Below, piece by piece: positions 1 through 9,742 of a DNA stretch of 64,000 bases. The notes beneath the pieces were generated by a model, which was given only the letters and a program-made list of their open reading frames with translations, did not search any database and was not told where the DNA came from. The first letter of the stretch is position 1. Every line of letters starts with the position of its first letter. Both the position numbers and the translations under genes were made by a program. The stretch lies in the NCBI GenBank assembly GCA_963706575.1, contig CAVPNL010000003.1, forward strand, positions 480,001 to 544,000, read 5' to 3'. This DNA comes from an uncultured delta proteobacterium (GTDB lineage Bacteria; Desulfobacterota; Desulfobacteria; Desulfobacterales; JAHEIW01).

Positions 1-159
1 GGCAAAAAGCGGGCGGAAATGTTAAAAATAGATGACATTATCCTGGCTAAACACACTAAAGTATAATGAAAATAATTAAAGTGTCAACAGGTTTGGCCAG
101 GGATCAACAGGGCCAATTTGGGGTTGCGTTTAATGAATTCTCTCAATATGGTGTCATCT

Positions 160-270
160 GGTTCAAAGGTTCAACGTTCAAAGGTTCTGAGGTTAAATAA
201 AAGCGGGATTTAGGTGTTCAGCATTCAAGGTTGCCCAAACCCAGAACCTCTGAACCCTGAACCCAGAACG
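160..270. repeat. Palindromic short-period repeat (GGTTCAA-type units ... TGAACC-type units)
   Basis: ggttcaaaggttcaacgttcaaaggttctgaggtt followed by the complementary run aacccagaacctctgaaccctgaacc; same family at 58150-58226. Confidence 0.75.
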
Positions 271-348
271 GTGAGTTTGTGACTGACATAGAATCCTCAT
301 ATTGGCCATTGTATGACCAAAATCTGATAGGTTAGGTAAGGAGTTCCT

Positions 349-906
349 ATGAAACATATTGCCAATTTGCTCTTTGAAGCCAAAATGCTCAAAGAAATTC
401 CGCGGTCGGGATTCCATTTTCTGGGTGCGGGTAAAGAATCCATAGCGGAACATACATTTAGTACCACATTTATTGCCTACGTTATGGCTCAGTTAGAACC
501 AGAGATCGATGCACTCAAATTGATCAGCATGTGCCTGGTACACGATCTTGCGGAAGCCAGAACCGGAGATCTTAATACGGTTCAAAAAACATACGTCACG
601 GCCGACGAAGTCAAAGCTCTTGAAGACACCACCCGACCTCTTCCGTTTGGATCATCTATTACCAAACTCATTAAAGAGTTCAACGCAAACCATTCAATTG
701 AAGCGCAGCTGGCCCATGACGCCGACCAGCTTGCACTTGTCCTGGAATTAAAATATCTTTCGGATATCGGGTACGCCCCCCCTGATACGTGGCTGCCGCC
801 TGTGTTAAATCGAATAAAAACAGAAGTCGCAATAAAAATCGCCCAGAGTATAATGGAAACCCACCGAGATGACTGGTGGCTCAATAAATATGTTGACACC
901 GATTAA
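349..906 (+). CDS. HD-domain hydrolase (YfbR/HDDC2-like 5'-deoxynucleotidase family)
   Basis: LKEIPRSG...ESIAEH...HDLAEARTGD...DADQL pattern; RBS aaggag upstream. Confidence 0.85.
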   Translation: MKHIANLLFEAKMLKEIPRSGFHFLGAGKESIAEHTFSTTFIAYVMAQLEPEIDALKLISMCLVHDLAEARTGDLNTVQKTYVTADEVKALEDTTRPLPFGSSITKLIKEFNANHSIEAQLAHDADQLALVLELKYLSDIGYAPPDTWLPPVLNRIKTEVAIKIAQSIMETHRDDWWLNKYVDTD

Positions 907-997
907 AGAAATTATTAGAGAAAATCTTTTTTAGTTTATAATTTTTGTGTGTAAAAGTATACACTTATGTCTTTTAATGTATACACTGGAGGTAAAC

Positions 998-1639
998 ATG
1001 AGCTGGCTGATCCGCATCTTTGGCTCATCCATCGGCAAAAAGCTACTGATGGCCATTACCGGACTGAGCTTCATCGGCTTCCTGTGTGCCCACCTGACCG
1101 GGAACCTCACGCTCTACATGGGTGGCGCTGCATTCAACAGGTATGCTGAAAAGCTTCACTCGCTAGGGCCAATCCTGACGGTTTTCGAATTCGGGCTGCT
1201 GACGCTTGCCGTTATTCACGTGACCACCGGCGTCATTCTTTTTATACAGAATTTAAAAGCAAGATCTGTGCCCTATGAAAACGACAGACGCGTCGGCGGA
1301 CGCACCCTGAGCTCCGTAACGATGCCTTATACCGGGTTGATTATTCTGGCATTTGTTATTTTCCATCTGATCAACTTCAGCTTTGTGGACAAGACCCAGC
1401 GGACGATTTTTGAAATTGTCTCTTCGGCTTTTGCCAATCCCGTCTATTTGGTCGTTTATGTCTTGGTTATGATTATCGTGGCATTGCATATCCGGCACGG
1501 GTTCTGGAGCGCATTTCAAACCGTTGGCGCCAGCCACCCCAAGTATATGCCGGTGTTAATGGTTCTGAGTGTTATTGCCAGCTTGATTTTTGGTTTTGGA
1601 TTCGGCCTGCTGCCGATCTATCTATGGGCGATTGGGTAG
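998..1639 (+). CDS. sdhC: Succinate dehydrogenase/fumarate reductase cytochrome b subunit (b558 family)
   Basis: SSIGKKLLMAITG, multiple TM helices with His ligands, HGFWSAFQT; start set at ATG 998 after ggaggt; upstream of flavoprotein. Confidence 0.9.
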   Translation: MSWLIRIFGSSIGKKLLMAITGLSFIGFLCAHLTGNLTLYMGGAAFNRYAEKLHSLGPILTVFEFGLLTLAVIHVTTGVILFIQNLKARSVPYENDRRVGGRTLSSVTMPYTGLIILAFVIFHLINFSFVDKTQRTIFEIVSSAFANPVYLVVYVLVMIIVALHIRHGFWSAFQTVGASHPKYMPVLMVLSVIASLIFGFGFGLLPIYLWAIG

Positions 1640-1762
1640 CGCTTCAATTAAGCGTTTGACGCTCAATTGAAGGTTATTGGTTAGAACCTATATCAATCCG
1701 CCTCCGCGGATTAACACCCGATGGTACAGTTTTGAAATCTATAAAAAGTGTCTACAACAACA

Positions 1763-1902
1763 AATGAGCTAAAATTAAAAATGATCTAAAATGCCTAAAA
1801 TTAAGGTTTCGCTACGCTCTATCTTTTATTATAAATACAATAGAATTCCTCAACTTTAGGCATTTTAGCTCATTTTAGGCATTTTAGGCACTTCTAACTT
1901 TA
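1763..1902. repeat. Palindromic short-period repeat (TGCCTAAAA-type ... TTTTAGGCA-type)
   Basis: gagctaaaattaaaaatgatctaaaatgcctaaaattaa ... ttaggcattttagctcattttaggcattttaggca; same family at 11403-11600. Confidence 0.7.
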
Positions 1903-1969
1903 GAACACCTTTGGAACCTTTTTTCTCTGTCTTCGAAGATGAGCTGCTAATTTTGAGAAAGGAAAAAGC

Positions 1970-3883
1970 ATGCAGTTTGACGCCAAAATACCTGCAGGAC
2001 CGCTGACCGATAAATGGGACCGACACCGTTTTGAATTGAAACTGGTCAACCCGGCTAACAAACGAAAATTTGAAATCATCATGGTCGGTACCGGTCTGGC
2101 GGGCGCATCGGCTTCCGCCAGCCTGGCCGAGCTGGGATACCATGTCAAAACGTTCTGTATCCAGGATTCTCCCCGACGGGCTCACAGCATTGCCGCTCAG
2201 GGAGGGATCAATGCCGCTAAAAACTATACCAATGAAGGCGACAGCGTCTGGCGTCTGTTCTACGATACGGTCAAGGGGGGTGATTTTCGGGCCCGCGAAG
2301 CCAATGTGTATCGCCTGGCCCAGCTGAGCAATCTTATCATCGATCACTGCGTCGCCCAGGGTATTCCGTTTGCCAGGGATTACGGCGGCTTGCTGGCCAA
2401 TCGCTCTTTTGGCGGTTCCCAGGTGGCCCGGACCTTTTATGCCCGCGGGCAGACCGGTCAGCAGCTTTTGCTGGGCGCATACAGCGCCTTGATGCGCCAG
2501 GTGGCTGCCGGCGGGGTCACCTTATTCCCCCGCCGAGAATTATTGGATCTGGTACTCGTCAAGGGGCAGGCCCGTGGCATTGTCGTTCGAAATCTGATCA
2601 GCGGTGAACTGGAACGCCACGCCGCCGATGCGGTGGTGATGTCCACCGGGGGCTACGGCAATATATATTACCTTTCCACCAACGCTGAATCGTCCAATGT
2701 CGGCGCCATATTTCGCGCCTATAAAAGCGGTGCGATGTTTGCCAATCCCTGTTTTACCCAGATCCATCCGACCTGCATCCCGCATACCGGCGATTATCAA
2801 TCCAAGCTGACCTTGATGAGTGAAAGCCTCAGAAACGACGGCCGTGTGTGGGTACCGCACGATCCTGACGATACCCGAGAGCCGCAGGATATCCCCGAGG
2901 AAGATCGCGATTATTATCTGGAAGAAAAATATCCCAGCTTTGGAAACCTGGTACCCCGGGATGTGGCTTCGCGTGCGGCCAAAGCCCAATGCGATAACGG
3001 CAAAGGGGTGGGGCTGACGCGCTGCGCGGTATATCTCGATTTTGCAGATGCCATTAAACGTGACGGCAAAGACATCATCGCTAAAAAATACGGCAACCTC
3101 TTTGATATGTACCAACTCATCACCGATGATTCTCCCTATGAAAAACCCATGATGATTTATCCCGCCTCGCATTACACCATGGGCGGTTTGTGGGTCGACT
3201 ATAATCTGATGAGCACAATTCCGGGGCTATTCGTCATGGGAGAAGCCAATTTTTCCGATCATGGTGCCAACCGCCTGGGGGCCAGTGCCCTGATGCAGGG
3301 ATTGGCCGACGGATATTTTGTCATTCCCTACACCATCGGCGGATATTTTGCCGGAACAGAACTATCACCGGTCAGTGCGGACGATGCGGTCTTTAAAGAT
3401 GCCTCCCAATCGGCAACTGAAAGCATCGCTAAACTGATGTCGATTAAAGGCAGGCGCACCGTTGACAGCTTCGCCCGGGAGCTGGGGCAAATCATGTGGA
3501 ATTATTGCGGCATGTCCCGCAATGAGGCTGGACTGAAAAAAGCCCTGGGGCTTATTCAAGATCTGCGGGCTGAATTTTGGGAAAACCTGTTGGTGCCCGG
3601 TAGGGATAAGGATTATAACAAGAGCCTGGAAAAGGCCGGCCGTCAGGCTGACAGTCTTGAATTCGCCGAACTCATGATTCTGGATGCCCTCGATCGCACC
3701 GAGTCGTGCGGCGGCCATTTTAGGGAGGAATCTCAAACTGAAGAAGGTGAAGCCCGACGCGATGATGATAATTTTACGCATGTATCGGTCTGGGAATATG
3801 ATGGCTACGGCAAGCAGCCGAAATTTCATAAAGAACCATTGGATTTTGAAAATGTGGAGTTGTCGCAAAGGAGTTACAAGTGA
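1970..3883 (+). CDS. sdhA: Succinate dehydrogenase/fumarate reductase flavoprotein subunit
   Basis: VGTGLAG Rossmann motif, [15 protein letters not shown]-His motif, HYTMGGL, HGANRLG. Confidence 0.95.
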   Translation: MQFDAKIPAGPLTDKWDRHRFELKLVNPANKRKFEIIMVGTGLAGASASASLAELGYHVKTFCIQDSPRRAHSIAAQGGINAAKNYTNEGDSVWRLFYDTVKGGDFRAREANVYRLAQLSNLIIDHCVAQGIPFARDYGGLLANRSFGGSQVARTFYARGQTGQQLLLGAYSALMRQVAAGGVTLFPRRELLDLVLVKGQARGIVVRNLISGELERHAADAVVMSTGGYGNIYYLSTNAESSNVGAIFRAYKSGAMFANPCFTQIHPTCIPHTGDYQSKLTLMSESLRNDGRVWVPHDPDDTREPQDIPEEDRDYYLEEKYPSFGNLVPRDVASRAAKAQCDNGKGVGLTRCAVYLDFADAIKRDGKDIIAKKYGNLFDMYQLITDDSPYEKPMMIYPASHYTMGGLWVDYNLMSTIPGLFVMGEANFSDHGANRLGASALMQGLADGYFVIPYTIGGYFAGTELSPVSADDAVFKDASQSATESIAKLMSIKGRRTVDSFARELGQIMWNYCGMSRNEAGLKKALGLIQDLRAEFWENLLVPGRDKDYNKSLEKAGRQADSLEFAELMILDALDRTESCGGHFREESQTEEGEARRDDDNFTHVSVWEYDGYGKQPKFHKEPLDFENVELSQRSYK

Positions 3884-4653
3884 AAACACAGGCGGAAACA
3901 ATTAATGTAACCCTGAAAGTCTGGCGCCAGCCGGGACCGGATGCAAAGGGTCATTTTGAGACTATTGCTGCTGAAAATATCTCGGTTCATATGTCCTTTA
4001 TCGAAATGCTGGATACGGTCAACGAGCAATTGACCCTTGACGGCAAAGATCCGATTGCATTTGACAATGACTGTCGCGAGGGAATCTGCGGCACCTGCGG
4101 CGCCGTCGTCGACGGCCAGGCCAATGGACCGCAAAAAGCGACCACCCTGTGCCAGCTTCACATGCGACAATTTTCAGACGGCGACACGATTGTGGTGGAG
4201 CCCTTCCGTGCCCGGGCCTTTAAAGTGGTCAAGGATCTGGTGGTGGACCGCAGCGCGTTTGATAAAATCATTCAGGCCGGCGGATACATATCCGTCAATA
4301 CCGGTGGCGCGCCGGATGGCAACGCGATTCCCATCCCCCAGGTAATTGCCGAAAAGGCAATGGATGCGGCCGCCTGTATCGGTTGCGGCGCCTGTGTCGC
4401 CGCCTGCCCCAGTGCTTCGGCGATGCTTTTTGTCAGCGGCAAAATTTCCCAGCTGGCCCTGTTGCCCCAGGGCAAACCGGAAGCCGCCAGACGTGCGCTC
4501 AGCATGGTTAAAACAATGGATACATGCGGTTTCGGTAACTGCAGTAACCATCGCGAATGCGAAAACGCCTGCCCCAAAGAGCTTACCATCGTCAATATAG
4601 CGCGGCTAAACCGCGAATTCTTCAAAGCCGGCTTCTTCTCGGATGAAATCTAA
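3880..4653 (+). CDS. sdhB: Succinate dehydrogenase/fumarate reductase iron-sulfur subunit
   Basis: [33 protein letters not shown] cluster motifs. Confidence 0.95.
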   Translation: MKTQAETINVTLKVWRQPGPDAKGHFETIAAENISVHMSFIEMLDTVNEQLTLDGKDPIAFDNDCREGICGTCGAVVDGQANGPQKATTLCQLHMRQFSDGDTIVVEPFRARAFKVVKDLVVDRSAFDKIIQAGGYISVNTGGAPDGNAIPIPQVIAEKAMDAAACIGCGACVAACPSASAMLFVSGKISQLALLPQGKPEAARRALSMVKTMDTCGFGNCSNHRECENACPKELTIVNIARLNREFFKAGFFSDEI

Positions 4654-4748
4654 CCTGGACAAGGCACTTCCAAAAAAGATTTATTCATCACGAAAGCACG
4701 AAAGAGCAAGAATTACGGCCTAAACCCAAAGCGGTTTTCAGAGGTGAT

Positions 4749-5837
4749 ATGGATCACGTTAATGTCTTACTTGCAAGGCTTGAAACCACACTCGGCCTAC
4801 AAGGGCCCTATCTGAAGTTGACCTTCAAGGTGGCCCTGACCCTTATCGCTTTCTTTATTGTCTGGCTCATCCTGCGCCAGATTTTGTCATTTATTGAAAA
4901 GCGAATGAAAAAAATAAACCTGATTGAAATTCAGGGCCCACTCTTTAAAATTATGCGAAAGGTGCTTTTGTTGGCCCTGGTGCTGCTAACCGGAACCTTT
5001 CTCATCGGATTATTCAATGCACCGTTGCTGCAAAAGATCTTTCATGCAGTGTTTATTGTCCTGTTTGCCGCGCCCAGCAAAAATTTCCTGATTGTCACCA
5101 TACGATATCTGCAATCACGGGTGGCCCATAAAACTGACAGCAAGATCGATGATATCCTTTTTGACCTCCTCATTCGGTTTTCAAACTTCATAATATATAT
5201 CGTGGCAATCATCATCGCCCTCGATCTTCTGGGGCTCAATGTGGTCCCGTTTGTTGCCGGCGCCGGAGTGGCCGGGATCGCCATCGGTTTTGCCGCCAAA
5301 GACACCCTGTCGAACCTGATTGCGGGAGTTTTGCTGATTATCGATCGGCCCTTTGAGGTGGGGGATCGAATTGAGGTCTGGAGTGCGCCGGCCGGCAGTG
5401 CCACCTGGGGTGATGTCATCGACATCGGATTGCGGGCCACTAAGATTAAAACCACCGACAATATCGTGATCATCATTCCCAATAATGAGATTATGCTGCG
5501 GGACATCATCAATTACACCATCATTTCTGATGATATCCGGCTCCGGATCAATATCGGCATTGCCTATGATGCGGATCTGCAGAAAGCCAAGCACGCCATC
5601 CAGCAAGTGGCGCTGGCGACCGAGGGGGTGGCAGATGATCCGCCGCCAAAGGTGGTGGTGAGAAATTTCGGAGAATCTTCAGTGGATTTACAGCTGCGGG
5701 TTTGGATCCATGATGCCCGCCGGCGGATGGATACGATTTCTGATATCACCGACAAAATCAAAGAAACCTTTGATGCGGAAGGCATTGAAATCCCCTATCC
5801 CAAGCGTGATATTATGATTACCCAGAAAAACAACTAA
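4749..5837 (+). CDS. Small-conductance mechanosensitive channel (MscS family)
   Basis: AGAGVAGIAIGFAAKDTLSNLIAG, RPFEVGD, GIEIPYP. Confidence 0.9.
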   Translation: MDHVNVLLARLETTLGLQGPYLKLTFKVALTLIAFFIVWLILRQILSFIEKRMKKINLIEIQGPLFKIMRKVLLLALVLLTGTFLIGLFNAPLLQKIFHAVFIVLFAAPSKNFLIVTIRYLQSRVAHKTDSKIDDILFDLLIRFSNFIIYIVAIIIALDLLGLNVVPFVAGAGVAGIAIGFAAKDTLSNLIAGVLLIIDRPFEVGDRIEVWSAPAGSATWGDVIDIGLRATKIKTTDNIVIIIPNNEIMLRDIINYTIISDDIRLRINIGIAYDADLQKAKHAIQQVALATEGVADDPPPKVVVRNFGESSVDLQLRVWIHDARRRMDTISDITDKIKETFDAEGIEIPYPKRDIMITQKNN

Positions 5838-5857
5838 AAGCGATCAATTGGGGGGCT

Positions 5858-5996
5858 GGAATAATGGAATGTTGGAATACTGGGTTTCGCACAAGGTGAT
5901 CTCCTGTTATTTAGCTGGACCTCATTACAGATTAAAATATGGAGATCATCCATTTTATACCCAATATTCCATTTTTCCACTATTCCATTATTCCAG
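5858..5996. repeat. Palindromic short-period repeat (GGAATAAT-type ... ATTATTCC-type)
   Basis: ggaataatggaatgttggaatactggg ... cccaatattccatttttccactattccattattcc between convergent genes; related copies at 45906-46006 and ~59060-59083. Confidence 0.7.
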
Positions 5997-6068
5997 TGGT
6001 AGCTAACTGCAAGCACCACCTCTCTGGAGAAAAATCAAAGATGGTTCCGCTAAGCTGGATTCTCTGCT

Positions 6069-7343
6069 TTATCCTGCCGTCAGAATTCGTTCAACTTTGT
6101 TGACAAACTCTGGAAGATTGAAGGGTTTTAAAATAACGTTCGTAAAACCCAGTCCGGCCATTTCATTGAGTTTGGCGTGATCCGGATAGCCTGTTGAAAT
6201 GATGACCTTCATATCGGACAGCTCGGGTTCATTTCTGATAATACGACAAACTTCCAATCCATCCATTTCAGGCATAAAGAGGTCAAGTATAAGCAGGTCC
6301 GGCCGATACGTCCCCAATTTTATGGAGGCTTCGATGCCGTTGCTGGCCTCTTCAATCAAATAGGACTTTTGCTGATCCTGTGTAAGCGCCTCGATCAGCA
6401 TCTCCCGAATGGTTCGATCATCATCGACGATCAGGATTTTGGCCGCTTCGCGCTTCAGCAGGGTCGGCATCGAAATCGTAAAAGTGGTTCCTTTTCCCCG
6501 GCGGGTTTCAAAAAAAATATCCCCACCATGGGCTTGCACAAGCCCGTAAGTGACGGACAGCCCCAGGCCGGTCCCGCCTTCTTCCTGCTTATCGGTGACA
6601 AACGGTAAAAATAATTTATCAGCAACGGTCGCTGAGATGCCACAGCCGTTATCGCTGATGGCAACCAGAATACGCCCGTTTTTCTTCTGAAACCCCGAAC
6701 GAATTCGGATGATGCCCTTCTCATGATCGATCGCTTGAATGGCATTGATAATAATATTTAAAATAATTTGCTCAATACTCTGAAGGTTTCCCAGCATTAA
6801 AGGCAAATCATCACTGAGTTCAAGTTCAATTTGCACCCCTGATTTTCTAATTGTCGTTTGCGCCAGCCTCAGGGCATTTTTAATGGCGGTATTCATCTGC
6901 AATGCTGATTTTTCGGCAATATTTGATTGCTTGGAAAAATTCTTCAGATCGGAAACGATTTTAGCCACACGATTCGCCGCCAAATCCATATCAGCAACCA
7001 GCTGGGGCAAATTATCTTCTAAAAATTCATAGGTAAAACCACCGAATTTTTGATCTGGAAAAATTTTCTTTTGATCTATCAAAACCGGTAGAAAATCGGC
7101 CCAGATTTTCTGAATCAACGGCAAGTTGTACATGATCAAGTTAATTGGATTGTTAATTTCATGGGCCACACCGGCCACCAGAGTGCCCAGTGCTTCCATT
7201 TTTTGAGCCTGTTGCAGTTGCTGCTGGCTATTCTTCAAAGCCTCTTCCGCAAGCCGCTGCCGGGATTTTAACTGCCCGGTCTCTTCCCGTAATTCCAAAA
7301 GCTCCCTGATAAGTAACTGTCTGGATTTTTCCTGATCTCTCAT
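6069..7343 (-). CDS. Cytoplasmic hybrid histidine kinase (coiled coil-HisKA-HATPase-REC)
   Basis: AGVAHEINNP H-box, DNGCGI and GTGLGL, C-terminal receiver LIVDDD...LDLFMP...KPF; no TM or sensor domain visible. Confidence 0.88.
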   Translation of the reverse strand: MRDQEKSRQLLIRELLELREETGQLKSRQRLAEEALKNSQQQLQQAQKMEALGTLVAGVAHEINNPINLIMYNLPLIQKIWADFLPVLIDQKKIFPDQKFGGFTYEFLEDNLPQLVADMDLAANRVAKIVSDLKNFSKQSNIAEKSALQMNTAIKNALRLAQTTIRKSGVQIELELSDDLPLMLGNLQSIEQIILNIIINAIQAIDHEKGIIRIRSGFQKKNGRILVAISDNGCGISATVADKLFLPFVTDKQEEGGTGLGLSVTYGLVQAHGGDIFFETRRGKGTTFTISMPTLLKREAAKILIVDDDRTIREMLIEALTQDQQKSYLIEEASNGIEASIKLGTYRPDLLILDLFMPEMDGLEVCRIIRNEPELSDMKVIISTGYPDHAKLNEMAGLGFTNVILKPFNLPEFVNKVERILTAG

Positions 7344-7375
7344 GATTCGTTTTTTGGATACGTCCGCTAGTGTTT

Positions 7376-7458
7376 CACCACGAAGAACACGAAGATCACA
7401 AAGGCAGTATAGAATAAATTTAAAATCCTTCTTCGTGTCCTTCGTGCTCTTCGTGGTT
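7376..7458. repeat. Palindromic 9-mer repeat (CACGAAG-type ... CTTCGTG-type)
   Basis: caccacgaagaacacgaagatcacaaag ... cttcgtgtccttcgtgctcttcgtgg; half-copies at ~4688-4704 and ~58924-58939. Confidence 0.7.
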
Positions 7459-7502
7459 AAAACGGTTTAAACCGAGATCTTTGCATAACCGCATAAATCA
7501 AT

Positions 7503-8291
7503 TCATGTTCTGACGCATTCAAAGGTGATTTTGGTTTTCAATGTCATTTCCGCAATCTTCTTGAACTGATCGGTCACATCGGACACAAAAAGTGTCAGGT
7601 GTCCATTTCGGCCCAGCCGCCGGTCGATTTGGGTGTTAGCGGCAAGAAAGGCTTTAACACTGCTGGCGGCACTGATTGAGGAATCAATCAGACGAACGCG
7701 CTTTCCAATTTTTCTTTGTATAACTTTTTTTAGAAGGGGATAATGGGTACAACCCAAAATGAGGGTGTCGATCTGTCGGGTTTTCAAAGGCCGCAGATAT
7801 TTTTTTACGATCATTGCCGTCTCCGCTTTATCCAGCCATCCCTCCTCAACCAGGGGCACCAGAAGCGGACAGGCCACTGAATAGACTCTGGCCTGGGGCT
7901 GGTTTTCAATAATTTTTTTTTCATAAATACCGCTGGTTATGGTAGCGCGGGTACCCATTATACCGAAATTAAGATTTTTTGATGCCCGGACCGCAAGCTC
8001 AACTGCCGGAGTGATCACTTCAAAGATAGGAACAGAAAATTGTTTGAGAACCGGAGCCGTCGCTACGCTTGAAGCCGTATTACATGCAATGACGATGAGT
8101 TCGGCTCCTCGGCCCAAAAGGAATTTAATATTGTTTATGGTATAGCCGATCACTGTTTCTGCGCTTTTGGTCCCATAAGGCGTATGCGCCGTATCGCCGA
8201 AATACACAATATCATATCCCGGAATTTGTTGCATGATCGCTCTGGCAACAGTTAAACCGCCGACGCCTGAATCGAATATACCAATCATCAT
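7503..8291 (-). CDS. murI: Glutamate racemase
   Basis: IGIFDSGVGGLTV, IACNTAS, LGCTHYP. Confidence 0.95.
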   Translation of the reverse strand: MMIGIFDSGVGGLTVARAIMQQIPGYDIVYFGDTAHTPYGTKSAETVIGYTINNIKFLLGRGAELIVIACNTASSVATAPVLKQFSVPIFEVITPAVELAVRASKNLNFGIMGTRATITSGIYEKKIIENQPQARVYSVACPLLVPLVEEGWLDKAETAMIVKKYLRPLKTRQIDTLILGCTHYPLLKKVIQRKIGKRVRLIDSSISAASSVKAFLAANTQIDRRLGRNGHLTLFVSDVTDQFKKIAEMTLKTKITFECVRT

Positions 8292-8707
8292 AAATGGGAG
8301 TTATATGGGGATTTCTTAATAAGCTGGCGGACGCACTTAAGTATCTGAAGGTCGCTAAAATCGGTCCGCATGCCGGGACAGGAAGCCGCCATGGTCTGCC
8401 AGTTTGATGCATCCACGAGAATACTTTCAATAAAGGGCCATTTCCGACACATCTGCGGCTTAACCGGATGAATCGTACACTGCTGCTCCCAGAATATACA
8501 ATAACCGTTATCAGCCTGGGCAACCAGCGGCTTGCCTCCGGACATCTGGCAGTAACATCTCATAAATCGTTTGCGATCCAAAGCCAGATAGCGACAGATA
8601 TTGTCAATCTCAGACTCGGTGATATAGGTGCCGCCATAGCCGTTGCAGCACTGCCCGCAATTCTGGCAAGCAAACAAATCTTGCGGCCTAACCGCATCAG
8701 AGGTCAT
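8288..8707 (-). CDS. YkgJ-family cysteine-cluster protein
   Basis: CQNCGQCC...CIF...CTIHPVKPQMCRKWPF...CPG. Confidence 0.85.
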   Translation of the reverse strand: MTSDAVRPQDLFACQNCGQCCNGYGGTYITESEIDNICRYLALDRKRFMRCYCQMSGGKPLVAQADNGYCIFWEQQCTIHPVKPQMCRKWPFIESILVDASNWQTMAASCPGMRTDFSDLQILKCVRQLIKKSPYNSHL

Positions 8708-9296
8708 GGCGAGCCTCCATGGCTTTTTTCAGTGTGACCTGATCGACATATTTTAGATCGCCTCCAATCGGCACACCGGAGGCGATACGCGTTATCTTGA
8801 TTGGATACTTCCCCAGACGCTCTGCAATATAGGAAGCGGTTGCTTCACCTTCCACAGTAGTACTGGTGGCCAGCACCACTTCTTTGATCTGGCCGTGTTC
8901 AATCTTTGCGATCAATTCACCCACACGAATATCTTCAGGACCGATACCGTTCATGGGAGACAGCACGCCGGACAAGATGTGATAGCGCCCGGTGAAGGCG
9001 CCTGATTTTTCCATTGCCACCATGTCAGCCGGCTGTTCGACAACGCATAAAAGCAAAGCATCCCGGGCAGGATCCTCACAGATCTTACAGACTTCATTAT
9101 CGCTGAGCCCATAGCACATTTTACATAACCGCACCTTCTCTTTAGCTTCCATGATGGCGACCGATAATCGCTCGGCTTCTTTGCGGGGTGATCGCAGGAT
9201 GTGCATGGCCAGTCGTTCTGCCGTCTTTTCTCCAATTCCGGGCAGTTTGGCAATCCTTTTTATTAAATTGATGATCGATGCAGGGTAATGGCTCAT
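8697..9296 (-). CDS. recR: Recombination mediator RecR
   Basis: LPGIGEKTAERLA HhH, C4 zinc finger, Toprim CVVE, EGEATA; dnaX-ybaB-recR synteny. Confidence 0.95.
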   Translation of the reverse strand: MSHYPASIINLIKRIAKLPGIGEKTAERLAMHILRSPRKEAERLSVAIMEAKEKVRLCKMCYGLSDNEVCKICEDPARDALLLCVVEQPADMVAMEKSGAFTGRYHILSGVLSPMNGIGPEDIRVGELIAKIEHGQIKEVVLATSTTVEGEATASYIAERLGKYPIKITRIASGVPIGGDLKYVDQVTLKKAMEARHDL

Positions 9297-9309
9297 AGGA
9301 ATTATTGTT

Positions 9310-9621
9310 TTACATTATCCCCGGAATATTCAAGCCACCGGTTAATTTACTCATTTCAGCGGCAACCATTTCCTGGGATTTGGTCAGGGCTTCATTTACA
9401 GCGGCCAGCACTAAATCCTGCAGCATATCCACATCTTCAGGATCGACCACTTCTGGTTCAATCTGGATCGAAACGATTTGCTGTTTGCCGTTGGCGACGA
9501 CTTTCACCATACCCCCCCCGGCAGTGGTTTCCACTGTTTTTTCGGCCATTTCCTCCTGCAGTTTTAACATCTGCGATTGGAGCTTCTGGGCCTGTTTCAT
9601 CATATTGCCCATTCCTTTCAT
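9310..9621 (-). CDS. ybaB: YbaB/EbfC nucleoid-associated protein
   Basis: MMKQAQKLQ...AGGGMVKV...[12 protein letters not shown]. Confidence 0.93.
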   Translation of the reverse strand: MKGMGNMMKQAQKLQSQMLKLQEEMAEKTVETTAGGGMVKVVANGKQQIVSIQIEPEVVDPEDVDMLQDLVLAAVNEALTKSQEMVAAEMSKLTGGLNIPGIM

Positions 9622-9645
9622 CCGCTTACCTCCTTGCTCAATCTA

Positions 9646-9742
9646 TAGAAGTGGCTTCAAAACCTCAGATCAGGTCTAAGGGCCCCGCTTAGCGGGGCAA
9701 CGCAGCCATTGGGCCTTAGATGGGGTTTTGATACCACTTCTA
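9646..9742. mobile_element. MITE-like palindromic element family A, internally shortened copy
   Basis: Termini tagaagtggcttcaaaacc ... ggttttgataccacttcta; centre replaced by the hairpin gccccgc-tta-gcggggc; supplies the dnaX stop codon. Confidence 0.8.
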
